A stretch of 64,000 nucleotides of DNA from Podarcis tiliguerta. Taxonomy: Eukaryota. The position numbers were made by a program, and so were the translations under genes. This document shows positions 48,669 to 61,100 of the stretch, piece by piece. Where the stretch lies: the NCBI GenBank assembly GCA_965153285.1, contig OZ229110.1, one strand, 5' to 3'. The notes beneath the pieces were generated by a model. It made no database searches, had not been told where the DNA came from, and saw only the letters and a program-made list of their open reading frames with translations. Positions within the stretch are counted from its first letter, which is position 1. Each line of letters opens with the position of its first letter.

Positions 48669-51600
48669 ATGGGCAGGAAACGGCTAATCACAGACTCCTT
48701 CCAAGTGGTGAAGAAGAGGAAAAGAGACAGTAAGGAAACAAAGAAGGCTCAGAGCCCACTCCATGGTGAGTATTGCTAGGAAGGGATGCGTGAATTTCAG
48801 CAGCACCTGGTGCGACACAAAAATTCAGCACCCCTCACCTCTCTCACTTCATTCTAAATCATACTTTCAGCATTCCCTGCAGCACTCCCAAGGCTCCGTG
48901 CCCAGTGCAACCAATTTGGTCGTGCTCCCTTAAATCCTTTTTCTTCTTTGGCGATCTCTCGTAGCCGAGTAAGATTGTCTTCCAAGAACACAATCTTAAC
49001 AGTGAGTCCGTAAGCGACTGTGCGGCCAATTCTGGATCCACACATCCTTCCACAGTGGAAACATAGGCTTCTAGGTGGGAGTTGATCATGGTGAGGGTTT
49101 GCCAAATGTGTCTTCCTCTTATTGTGTTTTTCCCTTTCATCCTGAGTTCAAGCATCTTCAAAGTTCATGACACCTTTGGTAAAGGCTGTTCTCCAAGTGG
49201 AGCGCTCACAGGCCAGTGTTTCCTAATTGTCAGTTTTTATACGTTTTTAAAAATTTGCCTTGAGGGAGTCTTTAAACCTCTTTTGTTGATCACCAGCATT
49301 ACGCTTTCCATTTTAAGTTCAGAATAGAGTAGTTGCTTTGGAAGATGATAATCAGGCATCCGCACATGACCAGTCCAACATAGTTGATGCTGAAGAATCA
49401 TTGCTTCAGCACTGGTGATCTTTGCTTCTTCCAGTACACCGGCATTAGTTCACCTGTCTTCCCAAGTGATGTGTCAAATTTTTTGGAGATACTGTTACCA
49501 TTTGCCGATCGCCATGGGAGTTTTATGGGTTTGTGTTTGGTATGGGTTTTTGGAAGATGCTTGTACGTGAATTTGTTTCATGTGTGTAGTTCAGTGCACG
49601 CTGACCAAAGCACAGTCTTCGCAGTAAGGCTCTATCTTATCTGCCTTCACAGCTGATGTAACATGCCACTTGTTATCTGCCACCTGCTCTGTTGTTGAGG
49701 ACTTCTTGGATCATTCTTTGTCTAGCTCCTCCCCTTTGACCTTGCCACCTTGGGTGACCCTGTTGGGAGTACAAGACTCCCGACGGCTTCGCTCACAAGG
49801 GTCATAGGCATGTGCAAGCCCACTCACCACAAGGTGACACCTCTGCTACCAATAGGTAGATAATCTGAATGGGGGGAAAGGGTGAAAATCCAGCAGCTTT
49901 AGGTGGGGAGTAGATGGATGCCCATTGGAGTGGCCCTTGAGATTTGCAATACATCAGTTCTTGCAAACTGTTTCCCTGCACGGTCTTATTTTGGTCGTCT
50001 CCTAGGTTGTTTGTTGGATCTGCACATAACTCAATACCACAGTTATGCAAGTGAGGGTTAATCAGTAATAGGCTTGCCACTTGCTTAGCTAGCAAGTTGC
50101 TATAGTACAGTGGTGATGAACTGTTGCACAGGATTGCTGTGAAAGTGAAGTATTTGAAAAATCATTTAGCAGGAAGTAAAATTATATGAAACATATACTC
50201 CCAAAAGGTTGAGAACCCTCCACAGAAGAGGAGCATTCTCAATGAGCAATGGATTAATTATGTTAGTGTTGTTTCCTTCAGTCAGCACATGTTGTGTGTG
50301 TTCATATTTACATGAGATCGAAGTGTGGGTGAAGAGATGCCAAAAAAACACAGGCAAAGTTATACGGGTTGTAGAGCAAGCCAGAGATAACTAATGTAAT
50401 GGTGTTGGCTAAAGAATTATGTTAACCCTTTCCTGCACACTCATTTCATACAAGGGCTCTCCATAATGCAGTGATAATCATCCATTTCTCTCTGATCAGA
50501 CGCAGTGACAGTCCAGGAAGTCCAAGATGCTGCACATCCAGACCAGCTGGAGACACTAAAGCAATTTGACCTCAGCTGGCAGTACGGCCCCTGTACAGGT
50601 AAGAACTTCCAATCATGCTGCTACTACAACTGAGCCAAAGTACACATCACTGCAATGAAAGCATAGGTTTTCCCTGCCTCCCTCCATGCACAATTTTATA
50701 TATACAGTGGTGCCCCGCAAGACGAATGCCTCGGAAGACGAAAAACTCGCAAGACAAAAGAGTTTTCCGTTTTCTGAGGTGCTTCGCAAGACGGATTTCC
50801 CTATGGGCTTGCTTCGCAAGACGAAACGTCTTGCGCCTTTTTTTTTAAAACCGCCAATGCATTCCTATGGGAAACCGTCAATATGCATTGGTGCTTCGCA
50901 AGACGAAAAAACTCGCAGAACGAATTAATTTCGTCTTGTGGGGCACCACTGTACCTCCATGGGGCAGGGACCAGTCTCCCTATGCTCTATTAAAGTGTTA
51001 CATTATAATTAGTGGGAGCATACCAGGAAAAGGGGACTCCTAGTTAATTCTCAAATTCATCTAGCGGCAATAGACTTGCAAGGAAGGTGGTTGAAGATCG
51101 CTGGTGTTGAAGAGGCTACTTTGACCTTTTTCCCCCTGACAGGAATCACCCGTTTACAGCGCTGGGAGAGGGCAGAGTTACTGGGTCTCAACCCCCCTGT
51201 TATGGTGCGGGAATTGCTAGAGAAGCACAACAAGGATCCCCTCGTTACATACAGGTTAGTATGGAAAAGCTGCTCTGTCCTTCTCAGGCACTGGATGGAA
51301 GCATCTATTCTAGGGTAATGAGATCTGGAAGAGGAAGACTATTGAGGTTGGGCTTGGTGGTGCAAGGCCATGGCAGTGCTAAGCAGGTCACATGATAATT
51401 TGGCTAAGCTCTGGGCATCTTTTATTCACAACTGTATGAATGAGGAGTAACTCTATTGCAAGAGGAAATACACAAAAAGAACTGGGCAAATGGAAGTATG
51501 AGCTCAGCAAAGGTCAAGTAAAATCCATAACTCACCTATTGGGGATTAGAATAGGAAAGGGATCAGTAGCCAAGAACAAGCAGTTCTCCTTTATTTGCAG

Positions 51601-52320
51601 CTTCCGCCAGGGTGTTTGGTAGACTGTCCTGGCCATTTCATGGTAGGAAGTCCTAGTGGCTGAGATTGTCATGAAGCAGAGGCGCTTACGAAGTTGACAT
51701 TTGGCAGTCAGCTTGCATGTTGTGTGAGAACCTTGCCGAAGAATGAGATTTTTGCTTCACCTTTGCTGTACTTCCAACCCACAGCATTTACTATGACTCC
51801 ATTTGAAGCATTGAGCACTGAAGCCTTAGTATGTATTTACAGTTTACTTGCTTTAGGAAGCACAGAGTAGCTTACATGGGGCTTCCTTGTCTCACATCTA
51901 GACATGACTTTGGTCCATCATTCTTATGCTCACTAGAGTCTCTGAAAGCAGCTCAGGGCCCAACAAATTTTTTAAAGGGTTAAAAAGGCTTACATGTAAG
52001 AAATGTGAACACATTCAGTAGCAGGTATTCCCACTTATCCTTTCCCCCACTTCCTTCCTATGTATTCCTTTTCCTACTCGCCACCTTCTCTCTGGCCAAT
52101 GACTTCCTAGAATTGAAAGCTGAGAGCTGAGGCCTCCTCACAGATCATTTTCTTATACTGACTGTAAAACATGCACCATTGCTGCTGTTGTGCTGTCCAT
52201 GCCTGCTGTTTGGCACAGTAGGTGGAGGAGGCATGTAAGATGCAAAGTCAGGATTCTTTCAGACAGTAACCATGTTCCATATGCTTCCCTTGCAGCCTGT
52301 GGCATGGATATTGCCTCTGA
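48669..52320 (+). CDS. POLD4: DNA polymerase delta subunit 4 (p12), 110 aa; exons 48669-48765, 50500-50598, 51143-51254, 52296-52320
   Basis: MGRKRLITDSF (PIP box) ... LKQFDLSWQYGPCTGITRLQRWERA ... SLWHGYCL*; GT-AG exons of 97/99/112/25 nt; Kozak ACCATGG; AATAAA at 52673. Confidence 0.95.
48937..49840 (-). mobile_element. Internally deleted (bipartite) RTE-clade LINE in a POLD4 intron
   Basis: RTE-type 5' UTR (gtcaccttgtggtgagtgggcttgc...) joined directly to a degenerate RT C-terminus (CFHCGRMCGSRIG) and an (AAG)n tail. Confidence 0.65.
50705..50951. mobile_element. Tc1/mariner (Tigger-like) MITE
   Basis: CAGTGGTGCCC...GGGCACCACTG flanked by TA; internal CGCAAGACG repeats. Confidence 0.85.
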
Positions 52321-53699
52321 GAGGAAAATGTGATGGTATCTCAGCCTGAGAAGTCCCTGAGTTTTGACATTATTGGATAACTTTTTCATTCCTATCATGG
52401 AGATTCTGTGCTTGGATGTAACAGCCCTAAAAAGATGCCAAGGTCTACTAGCTGGTCTCCACTTATGGAGCACTTAGATGGCTGAGGTCAAATGAAGGTG
52501 AGGATTGATTTGGATCAATATGCTGTGCTGGGGAAAAGAATCCCCAAAACTGAGTGACTAGTTCTCGGAAGCCAAGCTTAGTATAGCACTGCATCCTGTT
52601 TATTTTACTGTTGTGTGCTCTTTGCAAACTTGCTTGGTTTGTTGAATTGGCTTTCAAGTTAATTGACTGAGAAATAAAACACTTGCACATCTAACAGCTA
52701 CATGTGTCAATGGGGCCACATCTGAATACTTTGTGACACATTATTCTCCCCACCCTGCTCAAGGAAGATGTACAGACTCTTCAACTCCATCACCAACAGA
52801 GAGATCTATTGCATACCTCCCTGCCTGCTGCCCAGCTGAACAGCACTATGAATCACTGAATAGTGTGCCCTCCCCCCCACAACTGAAGTGCTGTTTGGCT
52901 ATTCCTAGGCCTTAGAAGTGGGGATGGCTGGGCAGAAGTTGGTTGTGGGATGCTTTTGAAAGATGGAACTGCAAAGCCCAGCAGGTGCTTTTGCAGTTTG
53001 GCCAAAGGCTGGCAGCTGCCTACATGTATTTTCATACATGCCAGCCTTTGGAGTTGCTGAATTGTGAAAAAGGAAAACAACGCTTAAAAATTACTCAAAT
53101 GTATTTTAGTAACATATGTGGAACATACAGAAATAGTGCTAAAATTACAAAATGATATAGAAACACAAGAAATCTCAAATGGTCCACTGAATATTTTTCA
53201 AGATAGAATTCATAATTCATGTGTGCTCTCATTCTTTTTTTAATACACGTTAATTGAAGAAATCCTACAGGACTGGAGGAAGTAAAGTGCTATCAGTAAC
53301 TACATCTAGGTGAGCAAGCACTGGAAGTCTTTTCTGCAGTAAACCTCCCATGCTGAACAGTGAAAGGGTCAGCTGTATTGTGCATTAACTTCACATAAAT
53401 GCAGAGTGGTTACCTTAAGTAAGAGGTACAGAAAAGGGACATAGAACATCCCACAGACTGAAAGCACACCTGGGCTTGAAGTAGATTTTGTATATTGAGG
53501 TGAGTCTCCCATGGGAATCAATCAGTTGCCCATTCCTTGGTTAAAGTGGCTGATGGAAAACTGCCATACTATTCCTATAGGATAATAGAATAGCTTTTTT
53601 GGTTTTGTTGCTGAAAGTTTTGGGCCTATAGCAGAATGAAGAAATAATAAATCAGTAAAAAGAAAAGAAAACCACGCACACCTAGGTCAGATCTCAACG

Positions 53700-53776
53700 A
53701 CGAGCCCCACGTTGGGTGAAAGATTCCTGCATTGCAAGGGGTTGGACTAGATGATCCTCATGGTCCCTTCCAACTC
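53700..53776 (+). mobile_element. 3' part of the tRNA(Lys)/CR1-tail SINE
   Basis: gagccccacgttggg...gggttggactagatgatcctcatggtcccttccaactct. Confidence 0.6.
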
Positions 53777-55147
53777 TTTCTCTCGTGTATTTCTGGACAC
53801 ATAAGTATTAGAGTATCTTGTACGCAAGCAGCTAGAACAATTTCCAATCATCAAAGGCTTTCATCTGGTAATGAAAGATAAAGCTATAGAGCTTACCCTT
53901 CAGGAATGAAAAGGATCTATGCACCGCCACAGTTCCTGCTAGTTTCAATGGTTGGACCTGTAAACTGGGGGAGGGTGGGGTGGGGGGATAGAGGTGTGAC
54001 ATTTGGATTCTCTGTTATCAGGTGCCAAAATGTCCAGAGCTACTTCAGATATTACTCAAAACTCTGGAAAGGGTAAAAAAGCCTAGTTTAGTCAGCTAGG
54101 CTCCTGTTCCTGTAGACATGAGCTTTATGACTAACTTGGGAGTTTGGAATGAGGTATTGCCATTTGCAGAAGGTTATGCAATCATACAGTTACAGTGGTG
54201 GAGACAGAACAGGTTGCCAGTGGTAAGGTGGTGTCTTCCCTATCACACAACCTCCTTGTGGTCAGATGTCAAGAGTTGTTGTACATTAGCTGGGAGCCTA
54301 GAACAAAGTTTGGCAAACATAGTACAGGATGTGTTGTGCATAAATAAACTCCAGATTCCATGCCAAGCTAATATGTAACTTGAGAAAAGAAACATGAGCA
54401 TACGGGATGGAGAATGGCAGGCATAGGCTATGCAGTACACTGAAGCTACAATCCTCAGAGCAAAGAGTATCATCACACCATCAAATACTGAGCTGAAATC
54501 AGATTCCACCCCCTGTAAAAATTCAGATGATCTACAGAAAATACACAGTCCTACAAAAGGTCTGAGCTAAAATGAAAGATGGGAGAAATTGATCCTCTAC
54601 ACCCCAGAGAGGGTTCATGGGTATGGTTGCATAGGTAAAATCTGCCATCAACATATACTGCATATGGGGGGGGGGGCACTTAGCCACAAACACTCAAAGC
54701 CACGAATCATACAGAGGAAGTATCGCTCCACACATTGAGAAGGCCTGCAAGAATCACTTTCACTGCCCTCTGGTGGGAAAACACAAGAAATGGAGGCCAC
54801 ACTAATTCTTATGCGGCTAATCTTTCACCCCAGTTCTGAAAGAGGCTAAAGCCATAGCTGGCATCCTACATCTGGCAATTAAATCTGCATTCTGGCTCTG
54901 TGGCTTGCCTTATCCCCCACATCCCCCACTCTACTACCTGAAGTTCTGCAAAGAGAGAGTATTAAGAGGTGTCCAGCACCAAAATGAATACTCAGAGATT
55001 CTCTGCTCTGGCAATCTAAACCCCAATACTGTCTAACATAAGCTTCTTTGTTGCATGGCAAATGAATTCCTGAGATAGAGGTCCCTGCTGCTGGCTTTCC
55101 TGGTAGTGTGTGAGGATGTCCATATAGTACTGGACCTGGTCTTCATC

Positions 55148-58100
55148 CTAGCTGTTGCTCTTGTAGTGTGGAGGGCCAGCTACCGCTTGCAGGGCCTGTT
55201 CACGCAACTGGGTTGGCCGAGTCAGTATGGATGTGATCTTGCTTAGCTGCAGGAGGGAGCCAGAGATAGCTGTGGGACAAAAAAACCAAACCAGTAACAA
55301 TGAACTCAATGCAGACACTTTCTCCTAATTCCTAGAAAGAGAATCCTTTCAAGTCTTCTGGAAGTATCAGGAATAGAAGACTTGTGAGAACAGCTGGCAT
55401 CTCCAGCTAGATTTTTTCCTAAACACCACAAAGCCAGGTAACTCCTAAGGTCACACCTGGGCCTTGCTTTAAGGCAGTGCCCAATAATCTTGCTTCAGGG
55501 CAAGGAAAGGATCATAGTGATGGGCAATTGTGTCTAGTAACTTAGCAAGGCATGAAAAGGGAATAGGGAATGTGGAGTATAATTGGTAAGCCATGGTTCC
55601 ACTCTCTTAGTTATGTGTGAATGTAAGAGTACTTCAAGCAGGAGTAGGATGGGTGAATGATACACAAGCACATGCTAGATTTCAGAGCAGAAGGTAGGCA
55701 AGGATCATTGAAAGCCATGGGGGGGAAAGAGATGGGTCAGTGAAGGGAAAGACATTTCTAGATTTCCCTGTTGATCCATACCAGGGCGCAAGATGGGCAG
55801 GGTGCAGTGCTGCTCCAACCAGCTCAACACTGAATCGCAGAATTCCTTGACGTTGCCTGTGCTCACTGTCCTGGTGTAGCTCTCAAAGAGTGGCTTAATC
55901 ACCATGCTGAACTGCAGGTTGGAAGAGGTTAAGGAGACTATGCAGCCAAGTCTCCCTGCTCCCCTTAAGCACCCAGCAGGCCACTGATGCCATGCCAAAT
56001 ACCTCCCCTTGCTTTCTTTCTTGTGCCCTAACCTGTCCCATCCCATCCCATCCCACATGCTCAGTGATGGATACAAGCCAGAAGCGCCAGTCCTGGAGGG
56101 TGCGCTTGCGCACATACTCTTCGTAGAGTTGAGAAGCCTGATCTGACTGTGGTGGCAGCACAGGAGCTCCCGTAGGTGGAAGCTGGCGCTGAAAGTCGCT
56201 GCAAGGAAGAGAAAAGCCACAACTTGTTGACAGGAGTTCCCCTCTCACCTTTTAACTTTTATCCCTGATCCAATGAAAACCCCTTAAGCCAGCTCCGCAA
56301 CTCACTCAATGGCAGTGCTCAGCTCTTTGATTTCCCCACGTAGTCTTTCAACTGTCTCCTGAGCTTGTCGGCGCTCTTGCTGCAGTCTTTCCACATGTGC
56401 CGCACTTTTCTGCAGAAGCATCGCTTTGCTGAACTGGGGAGGTGAGGGGGTGGAGTAAAGGCGTAAAATGGATTGGGAGGGCAAAGACCACAAGAATGGC
56501 TCCAGCAGGTACACAAAGCAAATTGGGGGGACTGGACAAACAGCAGAGAATATGTGCCCTTCCACCCTCTGGTACAGTGGGGGATGCGTACCTTAGTGCT
56601 GCTTTGATCAGGTCCTGTCAACACCAGAGTGGCAAGAGTGTTGAAGCCGGAGCTGATGAGCCTACGGCGGGCGTAGTCAGCCGAGGTAAGGGTTGATCTG
56701 CGACTTCCCTGCAAGAGCCAATCAAGCCATGATTTGAGACACTGCCAGGCACCTACCCCTTTGGCTATCGTCTTTGAGAAAGGATGTCTTCTCCCACAAT
56801 ACTCAAGCCAACAAGATGGGGTACAGTGGTGTGGGTATCCTTATTACCTTGGCAGTACAGCATTTGTCCACTTCCTGGGGTTTGCAGAGAGTGTTGTCCT
56901 CAGCTCTCTCCTTGGTTTTGGCACCTGAAATAATCCCAAAAATACTGGGGTAGGTGAGTTCCTCTTAAGGTGTGTATTCAATTTCTACTTTGGCACGGCA
57001 TATAGACCAATCCAGTGAAAGCGGATGAGATATTGCTAAGAAGAGAGGCCGAGTGACTTTGCACCCTCCTGAGCCAGCTTACCAGTGTCAGGGGAAGCAG
57101 CAGCAGAGGCAAGTGGAGGAGACTTCACCGTTGCCGAGAATGAGTTCGGCATATTCACAGGGGGCTTTGGGACGCCACACACCTGTGGGAGAGGAAAAGC
57201 AGGGTTGAAAGAAATAGAGAGCAGCCAAACAGAAAGATAGAAAAATACGCCGCCTGTCAACTCCAAGGAGGCAAAAAGCAGAACACAGATAGGAGGCCTC
57301 GCAGAAGGAAGGTGGCAGAGGAGAGCATCCTTACCTGCACAGAGTTCATGACTGGAGTGAGGGGCAGTGGGGCAGGACCTAGAGATGAAAGAGATGTTCT
57401 TATTTTCCCAGCCTCTATGTATTAACCCCCAATGCATGTACAAAACTTGGCTGGCTGAAGCAACATCACTCACTCCTTGTAACTACACAGCTTCAGTTTA
57501 GCTGCTCACCAGTAGACCAAGTTTTTGAATGTGGCAGAATTTATTTAATGAAAAGGAGTATGCTGCTTTATGAAATCCCACCAACCACAACTGAAAATAC
57601 AGTTCGGGCTAATGATCTCTACTTAAATGCATGGCACCCTACCCAACAGAGAGGCCAATGAGCATTCTTGCCTCAGGGATCCCTTCCAAAACATACCTAG
57701 GCCTGGTTTCCCCATAACCATTAGCGTCTCATAAAATTCCTGCATGTACCACCAGCCAATCTGACACCAACTGTTTGGTACCCACTTTGCCATCAGACAC
57801 ACGAGGTTAGGAATTCTGGACCTTTATGTTTTAAATGGGGTAGAGAGGAAAGTTTCATAGTTACAGATTCTCTTCATAATGCTTGCACATTAGAAGACTC
57901 TACAGTTCTTGACAACTTCCCCCATTCAAAAAAGCTACAAGGCACAAGAGCCTTCTTCTGAATTGGGTCAAGAAAATCTGTGCTCACTTGTAGATTTAAG
58001 AGAAATTAAAATATAACTTTAAAAAGCTAGTAAATATGCAGAGTTATATTAATGAGCTGTCATTTCACTTCTACTAATGAGTTGAAGGTTTTCTGTTTAA

Positions 58101-61100
58101 CTATGAAGCATTTGGACGAATGTTGACATTTGTAGTTTTGCTTGATTTACCTGGCTCAAATTGCTGGCTGCATCAAAACAAAAAGCTTAACTACACTCCA
58201 GAGAAGCAAGAAGGGGATCAATGCAGGAATCTGGGCATAGAGGACGTTTTCTTTCCCTTTCCAAACAGCAACTCCCAGACATCTTTACACATATGTATAG
58301 TTGCAAGTAAGATTGCCACCTTAAATCCGTCTCCAATACCTGTGGACTAACCATTTTGCTATTCTACAGACTAGTCAGTACATAGTTTTGACACACAATT
58401 TCTGCAAGGCTAAACCCTAAATCCACTGAAGGAGATACAGGCACTGTTACGTAATGCCTATCAGCTCAAGTCAGATACAGTGGTACCTTGGTTTTTGAAT
58501 GTCTCCGTTGACAAACATTTCAGTTTTTGAATGCCGGAAACCCGAAAATAAATGCTTCAGTTTTCAAACACGCTTCAGAAGTCGAACATGTCACTCGGCT
58601 CCTGTACTGAGTTTTCCATACTCCGTTCCATACTGAGTTTTCGGTTTTCGAACGTTTCAGAACTCAAACGGTCTTCTGGAATGGATTACATTCGAAAATC
58701 GAGGCACCACTGTATATCATTTTTAAATTCTGCAGTAACACAAAAAACTATCTCCCTGGACCACATTTTATTTTTCCAGTACGGAAAAATGCTTTTGCTT
58801 CCAGTGTTTCCCAAGTATGAAGCTAAACTCCAGCTTCAGATAATTATATCAAAATAAACACTAATAATGCACGCAGTTGTTTAAATTAGGGATTCCAAAA
58901 GTTGATCCTGGTGAGATTTGCTTGAGAAAACAACCACCAAAAAGAAAGGAGAATTCTGCAGTATGACTTAATACTCCAAATGGATCTAGAGAAGCATTGT
59001 AGTCTAGGTCAGCAATGCCTCAATTTCCCCTGCAGAGAGCCTGTCCTTGCAGGGACATACCAGTTGCAAGCAGGCAGGGGAGCGGAGCACCGGGAAGGGC
59101 TGGCTGCTGGCTAGAGGAGGGTGCTGGAGCAATCCGTTGCAGGTGTCTGCATTTCCCATCCTTGGGTGGAGGAGCAGAGACTGGCGCAGCAAAAGTGTCC
59201 CGAAATACAGACGGAGAATTTGTTTCTGATCCTGTGTGCGTGATGACAGAGAAGACCAAAGTGGTTTGAGGCTGCATGCGCAAGATGGGAGAGACAGGCG
59301 GCGGGCTGATCCTCAGTGGGGAGGTGGGGAAGAATGGCAGGAAGGTCTGCTGTCCATTCAAAGGTACAGGAGGCTCCACATCCAGTGAGATGGGAATGGG
59401 ATTGAGAGAGTCTCCAGGCGGTGGGAGATCCTTGGTCCCAGGGGCAATGAGAGGTGTATCTGGGTTGCACTGGTTCAAAGCACTAGCATCTGTTACTGCA
59501 GGAGCCTAAGAGGGGGGAGAAGAGAGTGCAAATCAAACACAACTCCTGAGTCTAGGCTGGAGATGGCTGCACTGAAAATCATACAAGTGGGAGAACTCCC
59601 ACTGCTCAGTTTTTTTTTGCAATGCTGAGAAAAGGCTATTGCCTTTCCAAAATCAAAATCAAGCACAGACCAGTATCTGCAATAAGCATCAGGGGCTGCA
59701 GAAGCCCAAGGAGTTAGTAAGCTATCAGATAAATTTATTATCCTTACCTGGATCATGGGCTGAGAACGACAGGAAGTGATGAATTCTGTGAAAAGAAAGC
59801 AAAGATTTAAAAGGCTGGGAGGAGATAAAGAGCAACTGGTAGAAGATAACTGGCTGGTGTGTCTGAATCAATTTAGCAAGGAATCATCAGGATTTCACTA
59901 TACAGGTAGTATGCTGGCTGTTTGGTCGTAATAATAAACATTCATTCATTCACATCCACCATACAAGCAGACATCAATTAGTGGTTTCGAAGAAAGATGA
60001 GACCTAAAATCCAGGATATGTCAACTGGTAGAGAAACTCAAGTCAAGAACAGGAGCAATCTGCAGGTGGGGACTGCTGATTTCAGAGTTATGTGACGGAG
60101 TGGCAGGAATGAGATGAAATAGGCTCTATATGTAGATGCTATACTTGCAAGTAGAAATTTTGAGATGACAAACTCGTAAGTTTAAGATTTTTCAAATTAA
60201 GAATTCATACAAGATTAATTTGCCTACTTTATTCTTCCTGTGAAAAGGGGATATACAGTGGCTCTGAAGAATTTGTCCTGGCTGATTCAGAAAATGGGAT
60301 AGGGGACAAACAATATATAAAGCACAGTATGCATGTGATTATATGGAGAATGAGTCTTCTATTAAAGCATTGGATGCCCAAAAGAGGATTTTTATGTGCA
60401 TGCTGACTGATTTAAATAATGTCTAGACTTACCAGGACGTATCATGTTTGCTCAGCAGCATTCTGCTCTGGCCTTGGGTGAACTAGAATTTCATCAATGT
60501 CAGGTTGGAAATAGTCTCCTCTCACCAGTGATAGCTTTCAGACCACTTTGGTGACCCAGACTCAGATGTTATTTACTCTTGAGGTCACAAGTTAATCTTT
60601 CAAAACTGGTGATTAACTTGTGGGCTTAAAATAATAATAACTCACGTTTCTATTTGATTTTTGGGCCTTGATGACACACTTTTCATATTTTGTTCTGTTT
60701 TCTCCCTAACAGTGAGTTTAGTAAATATGCAAGCTGCAATTCTGAGGAATCCAAGGGCTCTTTTACAGATAAGCATTGAAGGGAATTGCTGCTGATCAGG
60801 AGATCCTAGCAGCATGTACCCAGTAGCATCTATAAACAAACACATTTCTTTTAAGTGTGTACAGTATGGATACATAATTTAAACACAGTCTGAAGTGGTC
60901 TTAAGAAGCCATACAAAGTGCTTCAGAGGATGTCTTTCAGCTTTGAGATGCACCACCTTACCACTAAGTACAGCCATAAAACCTCTGCTGTTACCTTGAA
61001 TGGGGTCCAAGTCCATAAACTCCTCCCCAAAGATGGGGTGCAGTTGGGTCAGGGTGGGCTGGATCATATCCGCATTTCCCTGGTGAGCTGAAGACACAAA

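Noticed and set aside
50715-50925. Spaced CGCAAGACG repeats superficially resembling a CRISPR array
   Set aside because: Internal repeats of a TA-flanked MITE in a eukaryotic intron
60433-60482. Possible extra Mondo exon with a strong gtaagt donor
   Set aside because: Adds an in-frame TGA and the flanking exons already join in frame; an alternative non-coding exon cannot be excluded
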